From Eledone cirrhosa (lineage: Eukaryota): a DNA stretch of 64,000 nucleotides. Below the pieces are notes generated by a model that was not told the origin of the DNA, did no database searches, and was given only the letters and a program-made list of their open reading frames with translations. Location of the stretch: assembly GCA_964016885.1 (NCBI GenBank), contig OZ024741.1, forward strand, positions 163,184,001-163,248,000, read 5' to 3'. The position numbers and the translations under genes are program-made. How positions within the stretch are numbered: position 1 is the first letter of the stretch; every line of letters begins with the position of its first letter. Below are positions 10,811-23,200 of this stretch, one piece after another.

Positions 10811-11671
10811 CTAATTAAATGAAAATAAAGTCAATACAAATTAGCCTCTTTTTTAAGCAAATGGATTTTATTTTGGCAGAAAAATTATGTTTCTTTAGAA
10901 AAAAAAAGACATTTTTCAAAATTTAAATAAATTAACCTAATAAAATTTCCGAAGACGAAAGGACTTGCGCCTAAACGTCCATGGTGCAGCTAAATTTACA
11001 AGCCTAAACTGTCAGAGTGCGGATAAATTTAAACAGGAAGAAAATACGAGTCTATCACAAAGATACTGTGAACAAAGAATGGTATTTCTTGTTTTATTGT
11101 TTAGTGAGAGAGGCAAGAATAGTGTCCATGGTCCTTTTTAAGACGGGGGGGGGGGGGGATTTGAAGGATCTTAGCTACTATATTTAACAGGTCTTGTTAC
11201 TATGTAGAAGCTCCGTACTTGAATCGAGGCGCAAATGCTTTCCAGTCATGGCCATCCTATTGTCTCACCTATGATTTTTTTCGGCTGAGAGGTGGGGGGC
11301 GGGGAGTATATGATAAAACGGATAGATGAATTTTCGCCTTGCTGTTAAGCGTGATTGAGTAGATTCATGTTGAAATCTACTCTGACCGTCACTATCCTGT
11401 CTTGTTAAAGGTTGCTTAAACTATATTCTACAATGATGTGTTAGATTTGTGGTTGCGTTTGCAGCTCAGATTTAGAAAACCGTGTTCATAAATGACATCC
11501 AGAAATACGTTCCTTGAATTAGAGAGCCTGCCCAGAATGTCTTGAAGCCCCCACTCATCGAGAAACAAAGCCTGGCACGGGCCGGCAACATATTGGAGGT
11601 GTGATTTGAGGAGGATTTGGTGGTTATTTCTAGTTTAATTGGTTGTAGTTGATTTTGGATATTTAGAGGTA

Positions 11672-11830
11672 AAGGCGGCGAATTAACAGGTCGTTAGAAC
11701 GTCGTATAGAATGCTTTATGCTATTGATTCCGGTTCTCTGCTCTCGGAGTTCAAATCCCGCCGAGTTCAACTTTGCCTTTCTTCCTTTCGAGGTCGATAA
11801 AAAAAGTACCAGTCTTGTACTGAGGTCGAT
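11672..11830 (+). mobile_element. tRNA-derived SINE (family S1, diverged)
   Basis: B box GAGTTCAAATCC followed by GCCGAGTTCAACTTTGCCTTTC.TCCTTTCGAGGTCGATAAAA..AGTACCAG. Further fragments lie at ~9985-10060 (+) and ~10310-10437 (-). Confidence 0.75.
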
Positions 11831-12457
11831 TCTTCCTCTTTATCTCTTTCTCATTTCCCCTCTCTCTCTCTCACTTTCTACCTTTTTGGGGAAAAATTCT
11901 GCTGTACTCAGGCCTAGAAAGGGATGGGCTCTGCCGGGCTTATAATGCCCAAGAAATGGCGTATGTCAATATGGCGCCCCGACGACTCTATCAGGAATTA
12001 CGGGACCATATCATACCATTTTGAGGTAATGGTTTTAATTATTGTATTGTTGTCAGCTCAGATTCTGCACACTTACAAATTCTAGATGTGACCAGGACTA
12101 CATTATCTAATGTCTTCTTTTTTTAATCTAGGTGATCACGTATTGGGTTTTTCGTTGATCCTGGTCAAATGTAAGCTCAGTAGAAAGCATATACCCTAAG
12201 TGTTACACACTGAGGTCAAACTCGGAATAACGTGGCTGAAATATGAACTTCTTAAAAAGACTGCTGTGCCCGCAACTGCTAAATTCTCTCAAACCTTACA
12301 TTGCCTCAGTTATTTCTAACATATTGGTCGTAGTGGTGTGTGGGAAATTTCGCTTGTTGTTGGTTTGGCAGATACATGTTACTCTGACCATTGCCACTCT
12401 GTCTTTTTAAGAATGGATAAGACTATATTGCTCAACGAGATTCCTTATTAAAGATAA

Positions 12458-12630
12458 TTGTTTCTACAATAGGCACAAGGCCAGCAATTATTCCAGTGTA
12501 TTACTGGTACTTTATTTTATCGACCCCCGTTAGGATGAAAGGCAAAGTTAACCTCGACGGGATTTGAACTCAGAATGGCAAGGGCCGTAACTCTATGCGT
12601 CAAAGCATGGCGTCCGACCCTCTACCGATA
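12458..12630 (-). mobile_element. tRNA-derived SINE (family S1)
   Basis: Near-identical to 59380-59571 and 52435-52619. Confidence 0.85.
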
Positions 12631-12697
12631 GATAATGATAGTATACATTCGGTTGTTAGTTTTAAAAGGTCAAATGACAGTATTGATCCCTACTTAC

Positions 12698-13385
12698 GAA
12701 GGTAGTGGATGTGTTTGTGGTGAAGGCTGTAGTGGTGGGTGAGGTTGTGGAAAGGAAGGACATGGTAGTGATGGAGGTCGTGGTGGTGAGGGAAGTTGTG
12801 GCAATGGTGGACATCGTGGTCGTGGTGGAGGTCGGGTTAATGGTCGAGTTCATTGTAGTTGTGGAGGTGGAGGCAGCGATGAAAATCGTAGTAGTAGTGG
12901 AGGTTGTGATGGTGGGTAAGGTCAAGTTAATGGTGGAGGTTGTAGTAGAGGAAAAGATCGTGGTAGTAATGTATGTTGTGGTAATGGGGGAAGTTGTGGT
13001 GGCAAGGGATCTGCTGGTGGTGGAGGTAGTGGTAGTGGTGGATGTTGTGATGGTGGGTAAGGTGAAGTTAATGGTGGAGGTTGTAGTAGAGGAAAAGATC
13101 GTGGTAGTAATGTATGTTGTGGTAATGGGGGAAGTTGTGGTGGCAGGGGATCTGCTGGTGGTGGAGGTAGTGGTAGTGGTGGATGTTGTGATGGTGGGTA
13201 AGGTGAAGTTAATGGTGGAGGTTGTAGTAGAGGAAAAGATCGTGGTAGTAATGTATGTTGTGGTAATGGGGGAAGTTGTGGTGGCAGGGGATCTGCTGGT
13301 GGTGGAGGTAGTGGTAGTGGTGGAGGTTGTGGTTGTCGTGGTGAATGAGGTTGTGGTGTCGGTGGTTTTGGTAACAAATGCAGAT
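12698..13385 (-). CDS. Candidate Thr/Ser-rich mucin-like exon (3 x 141-bp repeat)
   Basis: 688-nt stop-free frame SAFVTKTTDTTTSF..(TTSRSPATTTSPITTTYITTTIFSSTTTSTINFTLPTITTSTTTTTS)x3..TTNTSTTF. Bracketed by ctaattctattag| and |GTAAGT exactly at the composition boundaries. Confidence 0.45.
12903..13330. repeat. 141-bp minisatellite, ~3 copies
   Basis: GTTGTGATGGTGGGTAAGG recurs at 12903, 13044 and 13185. Confidence 0.95.
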
Positions 13386-13738
13386 CTAATAGAATTAGGG
13401 GCATTAGTACTTAATTTCCGTTGTTGTAACTGTTATTTAGTCCTCAGTTCGGCTATGATCGGACTTGTGATTAGACATACCAGCCATGTCTATCACCTAC
13501 TTTTTTATGTGTAGGAAACCCAGGTGCACATTATTTAATGTGTATTTTTCTAAGACGGTAGGAGGTGATTTGAGGATGATTTCCTTCTTATTTCTTGCAA
13601 ATCGAGCAATCACGTAATAGCTCCCACACTTTGTCCATTTACTTTGGTAAGATTTTAAAGTGGTTTGTGTGATTGGTGTTTAGTGTTTGGAGTACTGACA
13701 TTAGAACTATTATTATTAGTAATAGGGGTGATTTATGT

Positions 13739-13955
13739 CAGGCACGTCAAACAGGTGGCCCGCGGGCCTCATGCGGCGCTTTACAAGCACACCCGCGGCC
13801 CGCACAAAGGTTTTTATAGTGCAAGCATGTTTTATCTTCGTAATATAAATTATAAAAATTTAGTAATATGCACAATTAGTTGTCGTGTGTGGTCCTCAGA
13901 CAACACATATGTGACCCGTGTGGTCCTCGGGAGGACCCTCAGGTTGACATGTCTG
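13739..13955. mobile_element. hAT-type MITE
   Basis: Imperfect TIRs CAGGCACGTCAAAC / GTTGACATGTCTG, with an exact 8-bp TSD ATTTATGT at 13731-13738 and 13956-13963. Confidence 0.85.
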
Positions 13956-14209
13956 ATTTATGTGGTAATAGTGATTATTGGTAGTGGTGGTTTATATGGT
14001 AGTGTTGGCTTTTATAGTATTAGCGGTTTATGTGGTAGTGGTGGCTAATGTAGGAGTTGAGAAGTTTATAAGCCAATATGAGGTAGCTGTAATAGTGGAG
14101 GTAGTGGTAGTAGTAGTAGGAGTGGTGGCTACTTGTAGTGATTGTCATGGTGACAGTAATGGTAGAGGTGGTGGTTGTTGTCTTTGTAGTGACGGGGGAT
14201 ATGTAAGTA

Positions 14210-17200
14210 ACTGTGACAGTGTTAGTGAAGGGAGTGGTGCTGGTGGTAGATGGTAGTAATGTCGTAGTAATGTCTGTCAGTGGCAGTGTTAGTGAAGGGA
14301 GAGGTACTGGTGGTAGATGGTAGTAATGTCGTAGTAATGTCTGTCAGTGGCAGTGTTAGTGAAGGGAGTGGTGCTGGTGGTAGATGGTAGTAATGTCGTA
14401 GTAATGTCTGTCAGTGGCAGTGTTAGTGAAGGGAGAGGTACTGGTGGTAGATGGTAGTAATGTCGTAGTAATGTCTGTCAGTGGCAGTGTTAGTGAAGGG
14501 AGAGGTACTGGTGGTAGATGGTAGTAATGTCGTAGTAATGTCTGTCAGTGACAGTGTTAGTGAAGGGAGAGGTGCTGGTGGTAGATGGTAGTATTGTCGT
14601 AGTAATGTCTGTCAGTGACAGTGTTAGTGAAGGGAGAGGTGCTGGTGGTAGATGGTAGTAATGTCGTAGTAATGTCTGTCAGTGGCAGTGTTAGTGAAGG
14701 TAGTGGTGCTGGTGGTAGATGGTAGTAATGTCGTAGTAATGTCTGTCAGTGGCAGTGTTAGTGAAGGGAGAGGTGCTGGTGGTAGATGGTAGTGATGTCG
14801 TAGTAATGTCTGTCATTGGCAGTGTAAGTGAAGGGAGTGGTGCTGGTGGTAGATGGTAGTGATGTCGTAGTAATGTCTGTCAGTGACAGTGTTAGTGAAG
14901 GGAGTGGTGCTGGTGGTAGATGGTAGTGATGTCGTAGTAATGTCTGTCAGTGACAGTGTTAGTGAAGGGAGAGGTGCTGGTGGTAGATGGTAGTGATGTC
15001 GTAGTAATGTCTGTCAGTGGCAGTGTTAGTGAAGGGAGAGGTGCTGGTGGTAGATGGTATTGATGTCGTAGTAATGTCTGTCAGAGTCAGTGTAAGTGAA
15101 GGGAGTGGTGCTGGTGGTAGATGGTAGTAATGTCGTAGTAATGTCTGTCAGTGGCAGTGTTAGTGAAGGGAGTGGTGCTGGTGGTAGATGGTAGTAATGT
15201 CGTAGTAATGTCTGTCAGTGGCAGTGTTAGTGAAGGGAGAGGTGCTGGTGGTAGATGGTAATAATGTCGTAGTAATGTCTGTCAGTGGCAGTGTTTGTGA
15301 AGGGAGTGGTGCTGGTGGTAGATGGTAGTAATGTAGTAGTAATGTCTGTCAGTGGCAGTGTTAGTGAAGGGAGTGGTGCTGGTGGTAGATGGTAGTGATG
15401 TCGTAGTAATGTCTGTCAGTGGCAGTGTAAGTGAAGGGAGTGGTGCTGGTGGTAGATGGTAGTGATGTCGTAGTAATGTCTGTCAGTGGCAGTGTTAGTG
15501 AAGGGAGTGGTGCTGGTGGTAGATGGTAGTAATGTCGTAGTAATGTCTGTCAGTAGCAGTGTTAGTGAAGGGAGTGGTGCTGGTGGTATATGGTAGTAAT
15601 GTCGAAGTAATGTTTGTCAGTGGCAGTGTTAGTGAAGGGAGTGGTGCTGATGGTAGATGGTAGTAATGTCGTAGTAATGTCTGGCAGTGTTAGTGAAGGG
15701 AGAGGTGCTGGTGGTAGATGGTAGTGATGTCGTAGTAATGTCTGTCAGTGGCAGTGTAAGTGAAGGGAGAGGTGCTGGTGGTAGAAGGTAATAATGTCGT
15801 AGTAATGTCTGTCAGAGTCAGTGTAAGTGAAGGGAGTGGTGCTGGTGGTAGATGGTAGTAATGTCGTAGTAATGTCTGTCAGTGACAGTGTTAGTGAAGG
15901 GAGAGGTGCTGGTGGTAGATGGAAGTAATGTCGTAGTAATGTCTGTCAGTGGCAGTGTTAGTGAAGGGAGTGGTGCTGGTGGTAGATGGTAGTAATGTAG
16001 TAGTAATGTCTGTCAGTGGCAGTGTTAGTGAAGGGAGAGGTGCTGGTGGTAGATGGTAGTAATGTCGTAGTAATGTCTGTCAGTGACAGTGTTAGTGAAG
16101 GGAGTGGTGCTGATGGTAGATGGTAGTGATGTCGTAGTAATGTCTGTCAGTGACAGTGTTAGTGAAGGGAGTGGTGCTGGTGGTAGATGGTAGTAATGTC
16201 GTAGTAATGTCTGTCAGTGGCAGTGTAAGTGAAGGGAGTGGTGCTGGTGGTAGATGGTAGTAATGTCGTAGTAATGTCTGTCAGTGGCAGTGTTAGTGAA
16301 GGGAGAGGTGCTGGTGGTAGATGGTAGTAATGTCGTGGTAATGTCTGTCAGTGGCAGTGTTAGTGAAGGGAGAGGTGCTGGTGGTAGATGGTAGTAATGT
16401 CGTGGTAATGTTTGTCAGTGGCAGTGTTAGTGAAGGGAGTGGTGCTGGTGGTAGATGGTAGTAATGTCGTAGTAATGTCTGTCAGTGGCAGTGTTAGTGA
16501 AGGGAGTGGTGCTGGTGGTAGATGGTAGTAATGTCGTAGTAATGTCTGTCAGTGGCAGTGTTAGTGAAGGTAGTGGTGCTGGTGGTAGATGGTAGTAATG
16601 TCGTAGTAATGTCTGTCAGTGGCAGTGTTAGTGAAGGGAGAGGTGCTGGTGGTAGATGGTAGTGATGTCGTAGTAATGTCTGTCAGTGGCAGTGTTAGTG
16701 AAGGGAGTGGTGCTGGTGGTAGATGGTAGTAATGTCGAAGTAATGTTTGTCAGTGGCAGTGTTAGTGAAGGGAGTGGTGCTGGTGGTAGATGGTAGTAAT
16801 GTCGTAGTAATGTCTGTCAGTGGCAGTGTAAGTGAAGGGAGAGGTGCTGGTGGTAGATGGTAGTAATGTCGTAGTAATGTCTGTCTGTGGCAGTGTTAGT
16901 GAAGGGAGAGGTACTGGTGGTAGATGGTAGTGATGTCGTAGTAATGTCTGTCAGTGACAGTGTTAGTGAAGGGAGTGGTGCTGGTGGTAGATGGTAGTGA
17001 TGTCGTAGTAATGTCTGTCAGTGGCAGTGTTAGTGAAGGGAGTGGTGCTGGTGGTAGATGGTAGTAATGTCGTAGTAATGTCTGTCAGTGGCAGTGTTAG
17101 TGAAGGGAGAGGTGCTGGTGGTAGATGGTAGTAATGTCGTAGTAATGTCTGTCAGTGGCAGTGTTAGTGAAGGGAGAGGTGCTGGTGGTAGATGGTAGTA

Positions 17201-20200
17201 ATGTCGTAGTAATGTCTGTCAGTGGCAGTGTAAGTGAAGGGAGAGGTGCTGGTGGTAGATGGTAGTGATGTCGTAGTAATGTCTGTCAGTGACAGTGTTA
17301 GTGAAGGGAGTGGTGCTGGTGGTAGATGGTAGTGATGTCGTAGTAATGTCTGTCAGTGACAGTGTTAGTGAAGGGAGTGGTGCTGGTGGTAGATGGTAGA
17401 GATGCCGTAGTAATGTCTGTCAGTGGCAGTGTTAGTGAAGGGAGTGGTGCTGGTGGTAGATGGTAGTGATGTCGTAGTAATGTCTGTCAGTGGCAGTGTT
17501 AGTGAAGGGAGTGGTGCTGGTGGTAGATGGTAGTAATGTCGTAGTAATGTCTGTCAGTGGCAGTGTTAGTGAAGGGAGAGGTGCTGGTGGTAGATGGTAG
17601 AGATGTCGTAGTAATGTCTGTCAGTGGCAGTGTTAGTGAAGGGAGTGGTGCTGGTGGTAGATGGTAGTGATGTCGTAGTAATGTCTGTCAGTGGCAGTGT
17701 TAGTGAAGGGAGTGGTGCTGGTGGTAGATGGTAGTAATGTCGTAGTAATGTCTGTCAGTGGCAGTGTTAGTGAAGGGAGAGGTGCTGGTGGTAGATGGTA
17801 GTAATGTCGTAGTAATGTCTGTCAGTGGCAGTGTTAGTGAAGGGAGTGGTGCCGGTGGTAGATGGTAGTAATGTCGTAGTAATGTCTGTCAGTGGCAGTG
17901 TTAGTGAAGGGAGAGGTACTGGTGGTAGATGGTAGTGATGTCGTAGTAATGTCTGTCAGTGGCAGTGTTAGTGAAGGGAGAGGTGCTGGTGGTAGATGGT
18001 AGTAATGTCGTAGTAATGTCTGTCAGTGGCAGTGTTAGTGAAGGGAGAGGTGCTGGTGGTAGATGGTAGTAATGTCGTAATAATGTCTGTCAGTGGCAGT
18101 GTAAGTGAAGCGAGAGGTGCTGGTGGTAGATGGTAGTACTGTCGTAGTAATGTCTGTCAGTGGCAGTGTTAGTGAAGGGAGTGGTGCTGGTGGTAGATGG
18201 TAGTAATGTCTGTCAGTGGCAGTGTTAGTGAAGGGAGAGGTGCTGGTGGTAGATGGTAGTAATGTCGTAGTAATGTCTGTCAGTGGCAGTGTTAGTGAAG
18301 GGAGTGGTGCTGGTGGTAGATGGTAGTGATGTCGTAGTAATGTCTGTCAGTGGCAGTGTTAGTGAAGGGAGTGGTGCTGGTGGTAGATGGTAGTAATGTC
18401 GTAGTAATGTCTGTCAGTGGCAGTGTTAGTGAAGGGAGTGGTGCTGGTGGTAGATGGTAATAATGTCGTAGTAATGTCTGTCAGTGGCAGTGTTAGTGAA
18501 GGGAGAGGTGCTGGTGGTAGATGGTAGTAATGTCGTAGTAATGTCTGTCAGTGACAGTGTTAGTGAAGGGAGTGGTGCTGATGGTAGATGGTAGTAATGT
18601 CGTAGTAATGTCTGTCAGTGGCAGTGTTAGTGAAGGGAGTGGTGCTGGTGGTAGATGGTAGTAATGTCGTAGTAATGTCTGTCAGTGGCAGTGTTAGTGA
18701 AGGGAGAGGTGCTGGTGGTAGATGGTAGTAATGTCGTAGTAATGTCTGTCAGTGGCAGTGTTAGTGAAGGGAGAGGTGCTGGTGGTAGATGGTAGTAATG
18801 TCGTAGTAATGTCTGTCATGGCAGTGTTAGTGAAGGGAGAGGTGCTGGTGGTAGATGGTAGTAATGTCGTAGTAATGTCTGTCAGTGGCAGTGTAAGTGA
18901 AGGGAGTGGTGCTGGTGGTAGATGGTAGTGATGTCGTAGTAATGTCTGTCAGTGGCAGTGTTAGTGAAGGGAGTGGTGCTGGTGGTAGATGGTAGTGATG
19001 TCGTAGTAATGTCTGTCAGTGGCAGTGTTAGTGAAGGGAGTGGTGCTGGTGGTAGATGGTAGTATTGTCGTAGTAATGTCTGTCAGTGGCAGTGTTAGTG
19101 AAGGGAGAGGTACTGGTGGTAGATGGTAGTAATGTCGTAGTAATGTCTGTCAGTGGCAGTGTTAGTGAAGGGAGAGGTGCTGGTGGTAGATGGTAGTAAT
19201 GTCGTAGTAATGTCTGTCAGTGGCAGTGTTAGTGAAGGGAGTGGTGCTGGTGGTAGATGGTAGTAATGTCGTAGTAATGTCTGTCAGTGGCAGTGTTAGT
19301 GAAGGGAGAGGTGCTGGTGGTAGATGGTAGTAATGTCGTAGTAATGTCTGTCAGTGGCAGTGTTAGTGAAGGGAGTGGTGCTGGTGGTAGATGGTAGTAA
19401 TGTCGTAGTAATGTCTGTCAGTGGCAGTGTTAGTGAAGGGAGAGGTGCTGGTGGTAGATGGTAGAGATGTCGTAGTAATGTCTGTCAGTGGCAGTGTTAG
19501 TGAAGGGAGTGGTGCTGGTGGTAGATGGTAGTGATGTCGTAGTAATGTCTGTCAGTGGCAGTGTTAGTGAAGGGAGTGGTGCTGGTGGTAGATGGTAGTA
19601 ATGTCGTAGTAATGTCTGTCAGTGGCAGTGTTAGTGAAGGGAGAGGTGCTGGTGGTAGATGGTAGTAATGTCGTAGTAATGTCTGTCAGTGGCAGTGTTA
19701 GTGAAGGGAGTGGTGCCGGTGGTAGATGGTAGTAATGTCGTAGTAATGTCTGTCAGTGGCAGTGTTAGTGAAGGGAGAGGTGCTGGTGGTAGATGGTAGT
19801 GATGTCGTAGTAATGTCTGTCAGTGGCAGTGTTAGTGAAGGGAGAGGTGCTGGTGGTAGATGGTAGTAATGTCGTAGTAATGTCTGTCAGTGGCAGTGTT
19901 AGTGAAGGGAGAGGTGCTGGTGGTAGATGGTAGTAATGTCGTAATAATGTCTGTCAGTGGCAGTGTAAGTGAAGCGAGAGGTGCTGGTGGTAGATGGTAG
20001 TACTGTCGTAGTAATGTCTGTCAGTGGCAGTGTTAGTGAAGGGAGTGGTGCTGGTGGTAGATGGTAGTAATGTCTGTCAGTGGCAGTGTTAGTGAAGGGA
20101 GAGGTGCTGGTGGTAGATGGTAGTAATGTCGTCGTAATGTCTGTCAGTGGCAGTGTTAGTGAAGGGAGTGGTGCTGGTGGTAGATGGTAGTGATGTCGTA

Positions 20201-23200
20201 GTAATGTCTGTCAGTGGCAGTGTTAGTGAAGGGAGTGGTGCTGGTGGTAGATGGTAGTAATGTCGTAGTAATGTCTGTCAGTGGCAGTGTTAGTGAAGGG
20301 AGTGGTGCTGGTGGTAGATGGTAATAATGTCGTAGTAATGTCTGTCAGTGGCAGTGTTAGTGAAGGGAGAGGTGCTGGTGGTAGATGGTAGTAATGTCGT
20401 AGTAATGTCTGTCAGTGACAGTGTTAGTGAAGGGAGTGGTGCTGATGGTAGATGGTAGTAATGTCGTAGTAATGTCTGTCAGTGGCAGTGTTAGTGAAGG
20501 GAGTGGTGCTGGTGGTAGATGGTAGTAATGTCGTAGTAATGTCTGTCAGTGGCAGTGTTAGTGAAGGGAGAGGTGCTGGTGGTAGATGGTAGTAATGTCG
20601 TAGTAATGTCTGTCAGTGGCAGTGTTAGTGAAGGGAGAGGTGCTGGTGGTAGATGGTAGTAATGTCGTAGTAATGTCTGTCATGGCAGTGTTAGTGAAGG
20701 GAGAGGTGCTGGTGGTAGATGGTAGTAATGTCGTAGTAATGTCTGTCAGTGGCAGTGTAAGTGAAGGGAGTGGTGCTGGTGGTAGATGGTAGTGATGTCG
20801 TAGTAATGTCTGTCAGTGGCAGTGTTAGTGAAGGGAGTGGTGCTGGTGGTAGATGGTAGTGATGTCGTAGTAATGTCTGTCAGTGGCAGTGTTAGTGAAG
20901 GGAGTGGTGCTGGTGGTAGATGGTAGTATTGTCGTAGTAATGTCTGTCAGTGGCAGTGTTAGTGAAGGGAGAGGTACTGGTGGTAGATGGTAGTAATGTC
21001 GTAGTAATGTCTGTCAGTGGCAGTGTTAGTGAAGGGAGAGGTGCTGGTGGTAGATGGTAGTAATGTCGTAGTAATGTCTGTCAGTGGCAGTGTTAGTGAA
21101 GGGAGTGGTGCTGGTGGTAGATGGTAGTAATGTCGTAGTAATGTCTGTCAGTGGCAGTGTTAGTGAAGGGAGAGGTGCTGGTGGTAGATGGTAGTAATGT
21201 CGTAGTAATGTCTGTCAGTGGCAGTGTTAGTGAAGGGAGTGGTGCTGGTGGTAGATGGTAGTAATGTCGTAGTAATGTCTGTCAGTGGCAGTGTTAGTGA
21301 AGGGATTGGTGCTGGTGGTAGATGGTAGTAATGTCGTAGTAATGTCTGTCAGTGGCAGTGTTAGTGAAGGGAGTGGTGCTGATGGTAGATGGTAGTGATG
21401 TCGTAGTAATGTCTGTCAGTGACAGTGTTAGTGAAGGGAGTGGTGCTGGTGGTAGATGGTAGTAATGTCGTAGTAATGTCTGTCAGTGGCAGTGTAAGTG
21501 AAGGGAGTGGTGCTGGTGGTAGATGGTAGTAATGTCGTAGTAATGTCTGTCAGTGGCAGTGTTAGTGAAGGGAGTGGTGCTGGTGGTAGATGGTAGTAAT
21601 GTCGTAGTAATGTCTGTCAGTGGCAGTGTAAGTGAAGGGAGTGGTGCTGGTGGTAGATGGTAGTAATGTCGTAGTAATGTCTGTCAGTGGCAGTGTTAGT
21701 GAAGGGAGAGGTGCTGGTGGTAGATGGTAGTAATGTCGTGGTAATGTCTGTCAGTGGCAGTGTTAGTGAAGGGAGTGGTGCTGGTGGTAGATGGTAGTAA
21801 TGTCGTAGTAATGTCTGTCAGTGGCAGTGTTAGTGAAGGGAGTGGTGCTGGTGGTAGATGGTAGTGATGTCGTAGTAATGTCTGTCAGTGGCAGTGTTAG
21901 TGAAGGGAGAGGTACTGGTGGTAGATGGTAGTAATGTCGTAGTAATGTCTGTCAGTGACAGTGTTAGTGAAGGGAGTGGTGCTGGTGGTAGATGGTAGTA
22001 ATGTCGTAGTAATGTCTGTCAGTGGCAGTGTTAGTGAAGGGAGAGGTGCTGGTGGTAGATGGTAGTAATGTCGTGATAATGTCTGTCAGTGGCAGTGTTA
22101 GTGAAGGGAGTGGTGCTGGTGGTAGATGGTAGTAATGTCGTAGTAATGTCTGTCAGTGGCAGTGTTAGTGAAGGGAGAGGTGCTGGTGGTAGATGGTAGT
22201 AATGTCGTAGTAATGTCTGTCAGTGGCAGTGTTAGTGAAGGGAGAGGTGCTGGTGGTAGATGGTAGTATTGTCGTAGTAATGTCTGTCAGTGACAGTATT
22301 AGTGAAGGGAGAGGTGCTGGTGGTAGATGGTAGTATTGTCGTAGTAATGTCTGTCAGTGACAGTATTAGTGAAGGGAGAGGTGCTGGTGGTAGATGGTAT
22401 TGATGTCGTAGTAATGTCTGTCAGAGTCAGTGTAAGTGAAGGGAGTGGTGCTGGTGGTAGATGGTAGTAATGTCGTAGTAATGTCTGTCAGTGGCAGTGT
22501 TAGTGAAGGGAGTGGTGCTGGTGGTAGATGGTAGTAATGTCGTAGTAATGTCTGTCAGTGGCAGTGTTAGTGAAGGGAGTGGTGCTGGTGGTAGATGGTA
22601 GTAATGTCGTAGTAATGTCTGTCAGTGGCAGTGTTAGTGAAGGGAGTGGTGCTGGTGGTAGATGGTAGTAATGTCGTAGTAATGTCTGTCAGTGGCAGTG
22701 TTAGTGAAGGGAGTGGTGCTGGTGGTAGATGGTAGTAATGTCGTAGTAATGTCTGTCAGTGGCAGTGTTAGTGAAGGGAGTGGTGCTGGTGGTAGATGGT
22801 AGTAATGTAGTAGTAATGTCTGTCAGTGGCAGTGTTAGTGAAGGGAGTGGTGCTGGTGGTAGATGGTAGTGATGTCGTAGTAATGTCTGTCAGTGGCAGT
22901 GTAAGTGAAGGGAGTGGTGCTGGTGGTAGATGGTAGTGATGTCGTAGTAATGTCTGTCAGTGGCAGTGTTAGTGAAGGGAGTGGTGCTGGTGGTAGATGG
23001 TAGTAATGTCGTAGTAATGTCTGTCAGTGGCAGTGTTAGTGAAGGGAGTGGTGCTGGTGGTAGATGGTAGTAATGTCGTAGTAATGTCTGTCAGTGGCAG
23101 TGTTAGTGAAGGGAGTGGTGCTGGTGGTAGATGCTAGTAATGTCATAGTAATGTCTGTCAGTGGCAGTGTTAGTGAAGGGAGAGGTGCTGGTGGTAGATG

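Noticed and set aside
12705-13514. 269-aa Val-rich plus-strand ORF
   Set aside because: Antisense shadow of the Thr-rich minisatellite frame; no plausible protein features.
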